Part shown: one piece after another, positions 1 through 10,987 of the stretch | Numbering within the stretch: the first letter of the stretch is position 1 | Layout of the letters: each line of letters opens with the position of its first letter | Assembly (NCBI RefSeq): GCF_037042905.1 | Contig: NC_087258.1 | Location: 7,006,001-7,070,000 of the forward strand | Origin: Lytechinus pictus | Taxonomy: Eukaryota | DNA length: 64,000 bases | Direction of reading: 5' to 3' | Made by a program: the position numbers and the translations under genes | The notes under the pieces: generated by a model | What the model was told of the DNA's origin: nothing | Databases searched by the model: none | What the model saw: the letters and a program-made list of their open reading frames with translations, nothing else

Positions 1-73
1 TTACACAGTATCACATAAAAGTATTTCAGGCTTCTTTGATATCCTAAAAATAAACTCAGAAATTGTCACTACA
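1..73 (-). repeat. 3' LTR (first 73 nt only)
   Basis: Identical to 7916-7988; begins TGTAGTGAC on the minus strand, directly after the PPT. Confidence 0.93.
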
Positions 74-87
74 TAAAATCCCCTCCT
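74..87 (-). promoter_or_regulatory. Polypurine tract (plus-strand primer)
   Basis: Minus strand reads AGGAGGGGATTTTA immediately before the TG of the 3' LTR. Confidence 0.8.
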
Positions 88-179
88 AGTAAGGAAGTCA
101 TGAATATGTCTTACTTACGACAATCCATTTACAATAAACAGAACTACAAAGTATGATGAGTCATACGTAATTATGATAA

Positions 180-1076
180 TTAACAAACTGCAATATAACG
201 CTCTGGAAATCGAACATGTCGTCCAGATCGAGTTTTTCGGATAGGTGCAGTGGGTGTACTCGTGCGCGAACTCTGCACTGCACTCTTTACCACAGAGCTT
301 GGAATTCTGCCTTTAACGATACTTTTCGATTTTGATAGGCTTTCTTCCAGACTTTCTTGATTTTCAATGTATGCTACTTTCAAACGATCTATGCAAATCT
401 GATCGCGTTTGCCATCAATGTCAAGCGTGAAAAAGCGGTCTTTGCGCTTTAGCACCTTATACGGTCCTTTGTATGGCTGTTGTAGCGGTTTGCGAACAGA
501 ATCTACCCTAACAAATACATGCGAGCACGAGAAAAGATCTCTAGGGATATGCGTCGATCCTTGCTTCGCTCTAGTAGGGGTAAGTGTACATGACGCCATG
601 TGTCTACGTAACCGGGATATGTAGTCACTCGGATCTACATCAGTTCGCTCAGCCGTAACGAACTGTCCGGGTAATCTCAGAGTTGTCCCGAAAACTAGCT
701 CTGCTGATGAGCATGACAAATCTGCTTTAATGGTAGAACGGATACCCAGGAGTGTCAAAGGTAATTGTTCACTCCATCGAGAAGGATCCTCGTAAGCCTT
801 CAAAGCAGCCTTAAGTTGACGGTGAAATCTCTCTACCATCCCGTTTGCCGCAGGATGATAGGCGGTTGTTCGGATGCGGGTTGTACCTAACAACTTAGTT
901 AGTTCCGCGAAAAGGCGTGATTCAAATTGCCTACCACGATCGGTGGTGACAGAGCTGGGTGCACCAAACATGGCAACCCACCTTTCTACGAAGGTTTTGG
1001 CAACTGTTTCTGCGCGGATATCGGTTATCGGGATGGCTTCCGGCCATCTGGTAAAACGGTCTATACACGTAAGTAG
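180..1076 (-). CDS. pol, C-terminal part: remainder of the integrase core and GPY/F module
   Basis: Reads [16 protein letters not shown]...[10 protein letters not shown]...[15 protein letters not shown]...QPYKGPYKV...[10 protein letters not shown]. It is in frame with 3412-5700 once the 1081-3411 insertion and one TSD copy are removed. Confidence 0.93.
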   Translation of the reverse strand, partial: LLTCIDRFTRWPEAIPITDIRAETVAKTFVERWVAMFGAPSSVTTDRGRQFESRLFAELTKLLGTTRIRTTAYHPAANGMVERFHRQLKAALKAYEDPSRWSEQLPLTLLGIRSTIKADLSCSSAELVFGTTLRLPGQFVTAERTDVDPSDYISRLRRHMASCTLTPTRAKQGSTHIPRDLFSCSHVFVRVDSVRKPLQQPYKGPYKVLKRKDRFFTLDIDGKRDQICIDRLKVAYIENQESLEESLSKSKSIVKGRIPSSVVKSAVQSSRTSTPTAPIRKTRSGRHVRFPERYIAVC

Positions 1077-1080
1077 ATAT

Positions 1081-3411
1081 GGGCATTTTCGCCACAGATG
1101 GACACAGAGGCAAAAAATTCAAGTTGATATTCATGTCAAATGCTTTATGTTTTTTAATAAAACAAGACCTGAAGTTTCCGAGACAAAAAAATGTCCGACT
1201 CTGGCAGCCATTTTTTATTTCAAAATGGCTGCCAAAGTATGGATACAAATTAGTGTTGAAAATAGTATATTGATACATATTTTGTTTTGACAGATTTTTA
1301 AAGAACAGGTTTGATCATGATGTTTTTGCCTGTGATTTAGCTTGCTATTATAACACTTTTTAAAACCCCACAGAAAGGAACACCAGTAATTCATTCATCT
1401 AATAAAAAAAACATTGATGAAGTATGTGATATGGTATGTAATGTCAGTTACCGAAAACATGAACTTTTTTTTCTAATTTCCTGGAAAAGAGGATATATTA
1501 AATGAAACTTGGTAGATTTCCTCTCTAGGTAACACCCCTCCCTTCTACACCAAAATTAAAGATTACCAATTAACAATGAAGCCATAGGGTACCATTAAAT
1601 ATATGTAATGTCAGTTACCAAGTGGAAAATGTAATGTCAGTTACCGAGATGTAATATCAGTTATATGATAAAACGTTGGACACCAATATTGAAATGCAAG
1701 TATGTGATCAATTTTATGGTGAAGAAATATTGTATACTTGTTATTTAAGTCTTTCACTTTAAAAGTCACACCAGAAGGAGCTTGCTATTGACTTTTAAAA
1801 GGTATAGTTCACAAGGAATACTATATGAAATTGTGAAGGAAGTTGCATTCCCATCAGGCAAAATAAAAAATTACTATGAAATTGTTTTGTACATGCACTT
1901 ACCAAGTACCTAATTGTATCAGACAATTTTTTGTTTGGTTTTCGGGGGGGGGGGGGGGGGGTAGGGGGTACTTTTCCCAACCTATTGCCTAAATCTGCAA
2001 CATTTTTTAAGCTTAACATTGTGATGAAGGGGATTTCCAGGGTCCCTTTTTTTAGTTTCTAGGATTCTTTTGAGCATTGCCTCGCTAAAAGTAAATTCCT
2101 GGTTTTTATACCTGTTAGTAGTGTGGATGTGTGATACAATTTTGTTTTTGGTTTACAAGTATAGATGAAAAGTGAAATTTGACAGTTCTGATCAATGTTG
2201 CATGGATCTACTAAAACTGTTGTTTTTTTTTCTAATTTACAAATAGTTCAGTTTCAGTTTAGAAGCTGGAGTTTATTTTTTGTGGACAGCTTAAAAAAGA
2301 AATTAGCAAAGAAAATGATTAAACAAATTATGAAGAGAATTGAAATCCGACAGATATGAACAAGCATCACTTGCACTGACCAGAATAGAAATCAATGAAA
2401 CTACATGGCTGCATGAGATTCAGGGGAGGGGTACATGTAGCCTAGGGGAGGAGACCCTTATTCATTTTGCCTTTTTTGAGGGGAGGGGGAGGTTGGAGAA
2501 GGAAAAGGTTTAAAAGGTCAATATAAAACTGATGAATATATTATGGGTGTATAGTCAGAAAAATCCATGTGTACAGTCAATGCAATATTAAATTACTATA
2601 GGAAAACATGTAGCTGCTATGACCCCCCCCCCCCCCCCCCGAGTAAGTAAAACATACATTTCTTATATTTTGATAATTAAAAATGTGAAGTATTATGAAA
2701 CTTTTATGATTTCAAAAAGCCTTACATATAAGTACCAAGAAAATTATGCCTTTGAAAATCATATAGCACTGGTAAATGTTAATGTGTATTGTCAGTTACC
2801 GACAAGTAATGATAAAAATGTTCAAATCAAAGAAAGGAATTAAGAAAAAGAAAAAGTTTTTTCATTGAAATGTTCCTAGAAACTCTGGTATACTTCCACA
2901 TCAAGCTCACTTTCATGTGAAGCTCTGCACAGAAGATACAATGCAATGATTCCACACATTTGACTTCCATGTGTTATCTCTATGGCAAATTAAGTGTAAT
3001 GTCAGTTACCGTAATGTCAGTTACCAGCATGGTTGTGGAAAAATTATCATAGCCCCCAAAAGACAAAAACGAATTGTTAAATATTTTGACACATCTTAAC
3101 CTAGTAACAGAGGTATATTTACATATTCAAATTATTACTCTATCTACTCAGGGACATGAGATATTTCAATTTTAATGAACACCCTGAAATTGCATGTCCT
3201 TTTTCGTAATGTCAGTTACCGACACATTTTTGCTTGCTGATGCGTAAAAAAATGTGGTTACATAGGAAAACTTAGTATCAGGTTATACAGCAAGGTTCAC
3301 TTAATTAACTCTATCAAAAGCAAACTCCCATCATTTGTTGTTTTAGAGATACACACAATGAAAGGTGTGAAAACATTGTGCCGTGTAATGTCAGTTACCG
3401 TGAAAATGCCC
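1081..3411. mobile_element. Non-autonomous cut-and-paste DNA transposon nested in the integrase (Sola-like by its TSD and termini; tentative)
   Basis: TIR GGGCATTTTC...GAAAATGCCC; ATAT duplicated at 1077-1080 and 3412-3415; AT-rich non-coding interior with nine copies of GTAATGTCAGTTACC (7 exact, 2 variant). Confidence 0.88.
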
Positions 3412-5700
3412 ATATGTATAACCATTCGAATGGGGCAACGGACCAACGAGATCCAGATGAACGTGTGCGAAACGCGCATCTGGGGTACTAAAAGTCCCTT
3501 GTGGGGCTTTTACATGTCTATTAGTCTTTGACCTCTGACACGGTAGACATTCCCGGGCCCATTTGCGTACGTCCTTATTAATCCCGGGCCATACGTAACG
3601 AGCGGTAATCGCACGCTGTGTTGATCGGACTCCTGGATGAGATAGTCCATGGATAGCATCGAAAACTGCCCTCCTATGAATCTTCGGGACGAAAGGACGG
3701 GCGAGTCCGTGAGAAGTATCGCATACGATCGAGCCACCAGTGGTGAGCCTTGGTACTTTTTTGAGCACCATACTAGAATTGACCTCTGAATTGAGATACG
3801 CTTGCAATTCTGAATCGGTTTCTTGTGCTTCCGCAATATCCGTGAAATCGATCCGAGATTCGGTATGCAAGGCGCTGATATCGGGTCGAGATAGGGTGTC
3901 AGCCACCACATTGTCTTGACCTTTGACATATCTGATGTCTGTGGTGAATTGCGATATGAAATCCAACTGCCGAATTTCGCGGGGGCTATGACGATCTGGC
4001 TTGGCGTTTAATGCGTATGTTAAAGGTTTATGGTCGGTATAAACGCAGAAAGGACGACCTTCTAGCATGTACCGAAAATGTTTAATTGCCAAGTAAATGG
4101 CCAGCAACTCTCGCCCAAATGCGCTATACCTTGTTTCAGCAGGTAGCAATTTCCGCGAGAAGAATGCAATCGGCTCCCATGCATTGTCGTGGAGTTGCTG
4201 AATAACTCCACCAATAGCACGGTCTGATGCGTCGACCATCAAACTCAGAGGATAATCTGAATTTGGATAGGCCAATAACGTAATCTGCGCTAGTTTCTCT
4301 TTGACTTCAACGAAAGCGGCCGTACAAGCAGGCGACCAATCTAGCGGTTTCTTAGATCGCTTCTTACGATTGCGCAGGAGGTCCGTGAGAGGCATGAGGA
4401 TATGCGCGCAGTTAGGTATAAATCTACGGTAAAAGTTCACTAACCCGAGAAATCCTCGCAACTGCTTCAATGTCGTGGGGACAGTGCAGTTCCGAATCGC
4501 ATCCACTTTGTCCGGGAGTGGACTGACTCCATCGCGGTTGATACGGTGACCTAGAAATTCTAGCTCCGATCGGCCAAAAACGCACTTGTTTGGGTTGACG
4601 ACAACACCAAACTCCCTAAGTCTTTCAAAGAGCAGACGTAGGTGGCGTTCATGCTCTCCCTCACTATTGCTAGCTACAAGTAAGTCATCTATATAAGCAT
4701 ATACGAACGGTAATCCACGAATGACTTGATCTATGAACCTCTGAAAAGATTGCGCAGCATTACGCAGACCGAACGGCATTCGTTCGAATTCATAAAGGCC
4801 AAAAGGTGTACATATAGCCGTCTTGCAAATATCGTCTGGCGCGACGGGTATCTGGTGATACGCACGAACTAAATCTATCTTGGAAAATATGCGCTTTCCA
4901 TTCAAGTTCGCGGTGAAGTCCTGAATATGGGGTACAGGGTAGCGGTCGGGTACGGTAGCCTTGTTAAGTGCCCTGTAATCACCGCAAGGTCTCCAATCAC
5001 CGGCAGTCTTTTTCGGCACCATGTGTAACGGCGATGCCCATTGGCTACTAGACGGCCTAATTATGCCTAAATCAAGCATATGCTGGAATTCATTACGAGC
5101 TATGTCTAACTTGTCTCCGGTGAGTCTACGCGGCCTAGCCGTAACGGGTTGTCCTCGCGTTTCAATGTGGTGTACCACATTATGCTTAACGTCCTGCGAA
5201 CGGTATACGGGTATCGTGATATCAGCGTATTCATCACGCACCATCTTCGTGTACGCATCAATAGCTTCAGGCGTGTCAAATACGGGACTAAGTGACACAG
5301 TGTCCGTATGTCTACCTGACACTTGCATGTTCGTTAGGGGATCAATAAGCCTCGGCTTTGCCATATCAATAAGAAATTGAAAATGGTGCAAAAAGTCCGC
5401 ACCTAAAATAGGCATGGTTACGTCAGCTATGATAAATATCCAACGGCAGCTGCGACGTACGCCTAAATCTAGCGTAAGCGACTGTTGTCCGTAAGTTGTG
5501 ATGCGCGAACCATTAGCTGCGCGTAGTTTCAAGGTAGAAGGTTTAACCCTCTGTTGCTTTGTCGGGAGGATTACCGACACAGCCGCGCCTGTGTCAACCA
5601 GAAATTTCTTTCGCGAATTAATATCATTAATGTAAAATAGGCGACTATCCGGTTGACCAGTTGGGTTTGTCGCCCCAACCCTCTGGTCTATGCGTTTCCC
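3412..5700 (-). CDS. pol, N-terminal part: aspartic protease, reverse transcriptase, RNase H, integrase H2C2 finger and start of the integrase core
   Basis: Motifs FLVDTGA (protease), RMPFGLRNA and YIDDLL (RT), VDASD and TDHKPL (RNase H), H-x3-H...C-x2-C and HLDLVGPLP (integrase). The frame is open from the slippery site at 5700. Confidence 0.95.
5640..5700 (-). promoter_or_regulatory. Predicted programmed -1 ribosomal frameshift signal (G GGA AAC plus H-type pseudoknot)
   Basis: The heptamer at 5694-5700 is in the gag frame just before the gag stop, and the -1 frame is pol. Downstream there is a stem (GACCAG/CTGGTC, GTTGGG/CCCAAC) whose loop GGCGAC is complementary to GTCGCC. Confidence 0.8.
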
Positions 5701-6569
5701 TGACTATTCCAATTGCAGGGTGCCTTGCAGCGATGCGCGTTCTCAGCATATTGAGAATGATACCAACAATATCCTCTATCTTCGGGCGATTCGCTAACAG
5801 GCGTGGAATCACGTTTATCACGAGTCTTGCTTCTACTACGATTTCGACTACGACTACGGTCGTGTTTCAATTGCCCTACGGCTGTGGCTAACTCGCGAAC
5901 GAGCTTTGTCAAATCCGCAATTTGCCTTACAAGGTTTGAATTCGCACCCTGTGTATCTCCGGATTGGGCTGGCTTAACCGTGATAGCATGTGACCCTGCA
6001 TCAGTCACCGGCGCCACGGTGTTCACGACAGGCACGTGCGCTTCGAGAATTCGGTCTGCCAATGCGGCCAGATCCGATAGCGCTAGCGACTCACTCGTGG
6101 AGGCTAAGATCAGTCTAACATTATGCGGCAAGCGTTGTAAGAATAACTGCCTAAGTATACCGCTTTCTAATTTCTGATCTCCGACGAGTTGTTCCATGCG
6201 CCGCAATAATTGCGAAGGTTTTCGGTCTCCGAGTTCTTCTTCTGTGAGTAACATTTGTACTCTTCTCTGTTCCGATTCCGTCGTTCGCGATATGATCTTT
6301 TTCTTTAGCGTCGTATATATGGCTCACTAACAGGGGGGTTTATCAGGACGTCGCGAATGTCCTGTGCTACCTCGGGTGGTAGTGTCGCGATAAACGTAAG
6401 AGTATTTTGTACTCTCAACTACGATATTGCGCGTGGCAAATTGGGCTTCCGCTTGCGCGAACCATACCTCCGGATCGTTTCGCCAGAATGGCGGCAGCTT
6501 TAAAGCAACTGCTCCAAGTATGCTCTCAGAGTCAGCAATAGACTTCGCGTCGGCATCTTCTTGTGACAT
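5688..6569 (-). pseudogene. gag with two small frameshifting indels
   Basis: MSQED...LKLPPFWRNDPEVWFAQAEAQF...; an extra T at about 6392-6394 and an extra AT at about 6314-6320 break the reading YV-IATLPPEVAQDIRDVLINPP...PY-TTLKKKIISR. C-terminal knuckle CWYHSQYAENAHRCKAPC. Confidence 0.85.
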
Positions 6570-6780
6570 TGTGAAAGAGCGCGAGCGTACAACCACTGCA
6601 CTTACCTATTACACTGTTCCTATATTAATGAGAACATGACAGTCTTATTCTAATTCATTCAACTCCGATGTGCGTTATCTATCCTGAAAGATCACGTCTT
6701 TAAATATACTATGTATATTATATAAAATCTGTTTCGCCGCTATAAGGGTTAAGGGTTACTATTTTGTAGCTCCCTTTCAG

Positions 6781-6798
6781 ATCACGTCGGGATCACCA
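6781..6798 (-). promoter_or_regulatory. Primer-binding site, tRNA-Trp type
   Basis: Minus strand TGGTGATCCCGACGTGAT is a 17/18 match to the canonical tRNA-Trp PBS TGGTGACCCCGACGTGAT and lies 3 nt after the LTR-terminal CA. Confidence 0.9.
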
Positions 6799-6801
6799 TT
6801 T

Positions 6802-7988
6802 TGTTGGGACGGATCTGAGTATTTATGAATTTGGTGGAAAAAATGTTATGTTTCTCTTTAAAAACAAAGGCAAATCAAACACACCAATCAATCAGACTAG
6901 GAAAAAAAATGAGAAAAAACTAAACAAGCAACAACAAGCACGGCGACTCAAACACCCCAACTTTTAGCTAAACGTGATCATTCAAGAAAAATAAGCACTT
7001 GACAAAATAATTACAGTTCGATGACTTCGATTTATAATTAAAATGATTCGAATGTTTTCTTTGACAAATTTACAAAGTGTTTACAACTCAAAGAAATGCC
7101 TGTATGATATATCCAATAATTGAAGACAGTAAATAAAGTTATGTCGAATATTCAAAGTAATTATAAGAGAGCAATTGATTATGTAATAAAATAGGATATA
7201 AACTCCAAAATAGGCCAAAGCGTTGAGAAGTTGACAGTTCGATCTGCTTTGCGAATTGAGTTGTTCGACCTGAACTTGGAAGGATGAAATACGTAGCTAG
7301 GCTTGCCGTATACAACGGAGAGTGGATAACCGGTCTCGATGAATCATCGATATCAAGCAGGACAAAAACTCGTCTATGGTGAGGGTCTCAGTGGAACCCG
7401 ATAAACATCAGGAAAAAGAAGTAAAAAGTCAGCTAAACCAGGAGTCCATTAATTCTCCTTTACAAAATGACGAGCCCAGACAGCATCGGTGAAGTACGCT
7501 GTCGGGAGCTAAGCCGACGGTCTCGGGGGAGATATTGGTTCAAATCCCCATAGAAAAAGATGTAACCAAAATTGAACACAGACGACTCTGCTGAAGTATC
7601 AGCAACCGGGCTTTTTTTTAAGAGTCCCGTATCGTTAATTAAGAACGCACGAAACCGCCCTTACAGGGCGAGATCTGATTGGTCATTTTTCGTAACCAAG
7701 AAAAACATTATTTACATATTATTACTAAGTCGTGTCTCTTAGGGTTCAACACGTATTGGGAATGCTTTCTTTTGAAATTCACCTGCTGTTCCGGAAATAC
7801 TGTCTTTAATAATAACAGGTGGAAATTTCTTTGCGTCCAACTAAAAAAGAATCCAAATTGCATTTGATTCTTTTTTTTTACACAGTATCACATAAAAGTG
7901 CTTTTGATTCTTGTTTTACACAGTATCACATAAAAGTATTTCAGGCTTCTTTGATATCCTAAAAATAAACTCAGAAATTGTCACTACA
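6802..7988 (-). repeat. 5' LTR (about 1187 bp, TGT...ACA)
   Basis: Bounded by the PBS on one side and by the end of identity with 1-73 on the other; contains a short direct repeat at about 7864-7946. Confidence 0.88.
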
Positions 7989-8104
7989 CGTTCTTCGGGA
8001 AGCGATCTTCGCACATTTTGAGCGCACTACTCCACACGACAGGTGTAGAATGCCTACGTTGCGGTTTCGAATTTCGCGCAAAACGTGTCACCCAACTGAG
8101 AGCG
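7989..8104. mobile_element. MITE fragment into which the LTR element inserted
   Basis: Closely matches about 10720-10835, which lies inside the intact MITE at 10551-10987. Confidence 0.75.
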
Positions 8105-8512
8105 TTAGCCCCACCAATTTCCTGGGGTTAAGCTTAGCCCACTTTGTTTTCACACTACGTTTGAGCAAAGTGGGCTAGCACGGTGAATAGTACGGTATTA
8201 TCTGGCACTGCAAAAAGCAGGGTTAGCCAGCTTATTGCTGTGCTAGCACCACAATTACAGTGCTCAGAGATGCAGTGTGAAATGAAACCGGGCTAAGGAA
8301 AAATGGGGTTAAGCATTAATAGCCAATCACAGAAGTCGAAATTGAACATTAATCACACTCTGTGTGGCAAAAATCATCAATGTTCATGAGCTGTGCGATT
8401 GTCCGGGGCTAAGACGTTAACCCCGGCGAAGCAGTTAGTATGGGGTTAAGAAAGACAGTGTGAAACCCCAAAAGATAGTATGGGGTTAAGGAAATGCAGT
8501 GTGAAAAGCATA
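8105..8512. mobile_element. MITE, left-truncated; same family as 10007-10381, opposite orientation
   Basis: Ends GCAGTGTGAAAAGCAT; shares internal blocks (TAGTACGGTA...TATCTGGC, AATCACAGAAGTCGAAATTG) with the reverse complement of 10007-10381. Confidence 0.7.
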
Positions 8513-10006
8513 TAAGGGGCATGGAATTTCCCTCCCTCCAGTTGTCATTGTGAACACAAGGATGTAATGAAAGAAATTTTGTTGAAGCTTTTTCATAGTT
8601 GTTACTGAAATTTCTGGAGATTACCTTTAACCGAACAAATTACAGTATTGGTTTTAGGTTGCCATAATCATAATTTTTTTATTTGAATGTTTTCTTATAC
8701 TGTAGCTTGCCATAATTTATCTCTTGTTAAGATCTGCTAATCTCTTACTCATCCTAAATGCACTTGACATGTTATGAGAATCAATATCTAGTCTATAAAT
8801 ACAGACTTTGGTGATTTGATTTAATGTCGTAAACAAGTACCTTTTAGAAATGGATCCAGACTTTAACAGGATAGAGATATATCAGAGGACATTTACTTGC
8901 TTTCATCAATTTTTTTGTAGCTTTTAATTTATACTTGTATCATTACTTTTATGTATGAAAATATATATCAAAAGGATTAAATCATTTCCAATTTAATACA
9001 GACTCTGAATTCTAAATTCAGACCTCCCTGAAAAGTTTAAATGAATAGTGAAATGAAGGAATGAATAAATAGATTATTCGATAAGTGAATGAATATCAGA
9101 CAATGAAAAAGGAAGACATAGACAGAAGAGATAAAAGAATGAAGTATTTAAAGAGAGTGAATTTTATCCAAACATATGTTTATGTTCAGTCATTGAGTAT
9201 AAATATCCTTCGCATTATTACTTTTGATATCTGAGATTGATTTTTAAGGATAGATTTGTTATTAATTTCACACATACGCTAAAAATATAAAATTCAGTCC
9301 AGCTCCTCCTTGAAAATTAAATAAATCTGAAAATTGATAAAAAGATAATAGATGTGTGGATTGAAGAAGTGAATGAATAGATTCAAAGAAAAGTAAGTTT
9401 ATTTTTCTAGTAAATCCATCAATAAACCAATCAATAATTTGATAAAAATGAGTATGCGCCAGCATGAACCTAGTTGTAATTTTTTTACCAGTGCGCTGCT
9501 CGGATTGCATTCCTTGCCAATCTAAACATGGTGTGAAGATCAGCACTTTGAAATGACACCATTACTTATGAATGGGACTATTAGAAAAGGGCACCATCTT
9601 CTCTTGGGAGTAAACTAGTGGAAATCGATGCTTATTTTTGGTCAAGCGTGAGTGATCATGAGCTAAAATGAGATGGTTTGCGGATGGACGTTGACAGATA
9701 ACTATAGTCACTTTCTAATGAGAACGAGCTTGCGAGCACGAAGAAATTTCAAATATTATGCTTGCATACTTTACACCTGTATTATTATTTTAAATTTTTA
9801 GACTAGATGTATAGGGTAAAACTTGTAACAGGAAATACTTAAAGGAGGGGGACACATATTGGAGGATTACAGCCAGAAAAGATGAAATAGTTGGGTAAGG
9901 TTAGATCATTCATTTATAGGCAAGTTTTAGCTTGACACATTGAAGAAAAAAGGAAATAATTTTTATGTGTATGCCCTGCAAATTGCTGTTTTTGTATAGT
10001 GTCTTT

Positions 10007-10381
10007 CATGATTCTCACACTGCATTTCCTTTAACCCTGGACTACCCTTGACCCCAAGCTTTCTCTTTTTTGGTTTCAGACTGTCTTTCTTAACCCCATA
10101 CTATTTGATTAGCCAGGGTTAAGGCATTAAGTATCGCACAGCTCATGAATATTGATTATTTTGCCACACAGCATGTGATTAACGTGCAATTTCGACTTCT
10201 GTGATTGGTTTAAATGCCTAGCCCCAATTTTCCTTAGCCCAGTTCGGTTTCAGACTGCAGTTCTTATCACCGCTATAAGCCTGCTTTTCAGCAGGGCCAG
10301 ATAGTACCGTACTATTTACCATAGCCCACTTCTGTAAAACGTAGCTTAACCCCAGGAAATTTATGCAGTGTGAAAAGCATA
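10007..10381. mobile_element. MITE
   Basis: Imperfect TIR ATGATTCTCACACTGCA / TGCAGTGTGAAAAGCAT; second copy at 8105-8512. Confidence 0.7.
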
Positions 10382-10550
10382 TTGTGTTGGGGGGTAGGGG
10401 TGATAGGAATTTTTTTCTTCATACCTCCCATTAGGTGCTAGGTCAGCTACATAGGGATATATCATGTAGCACAAGAACGGGTCACCTGTCATTCATACAG
10501 TCATTTGTAACTTATGAGCAGATTTATGAAACACCCACCTGGCCCTCTAC

Positions 10551-10987
10551 AACACTGTTCTCACTACCTTCCTGAAACTAGTTTACTGGAAACTAGTTTA
10601 ACCTGTAGTGAGAACGGTCGAAGCGATCTCTCGAACCGGTTAAGAAAACCACCTCGCTATGTAGTTTTCATGATCACTTTGCCTCGTTTAACTGGTTTTA
10701 GCGTAAGTGAGGACACAACCGTTCTTCGGGATGTGATCTTCGCACATTTTTAGCGCGCTAATCCACACGACAGGTGTAGAATGCCTATGCTGCGGTTTTG
10801 AATTTCGCGCGAAACGTGTCATCCCACTGAGAGCATTTCCATAGCAACAAGATCGCTATACGTGAAGTGATTTTGAAAACCACTTTCGTGTGATCAAGTG
10901 GGAATGCTAGCAAAGTGATCTTCCAAACTGGTTTCCTGAATCGGTTTCTAGTAAACCAGTTTTAGAAAGCGTAATGAGAACGATGTC
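10551..10987. mobile_element. MITE with about 45-bp imperfect TIRs
   Basis: ACACTGTTCTCACTACCTTCCTGAAACTAGTTTACTGGAAAC versus GTTTCTAGTAAACCAGTTTTAGAAAGCGTAATGAGAACGATGT. Confidence 0.7.

Larger units (their letters stand above)
1..7988 (-). mobile_element. Ty3/Gypsy LTR retrotransposon, CsRn1/Kabuki-like clade (3' LTR runs off the window start)
   Basis: Order is LTR-PBS-gag-PR-RT-RNaseH-INT-PPT-LTR. Positions 1-73 are identical to 7916-7988. Gag has a Cx2Hx9Cx3C knuckle and the PBS matches tRNA-Trp; both are hallmarks of the CsRn1 clade. No env ORF. Confidence 0.95.

Noticed and set aside
1438-3399. CRISPR-like array from the repeated 15-mer
   Set aside because: Repeat too short, spacing irregular (0 to >1000 bp), eukaryotic context, no cas genes; it lies within a TIR element.
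409-6639. Plus-strand and alternative-frame ORFs overlapping gag/pol (e.g. 874-1290, 3510-3929, 5021-5380, 5803-6177)
   Set aside because: Shadow ORFs of the retroelement coding strand with no recognisable motifs.
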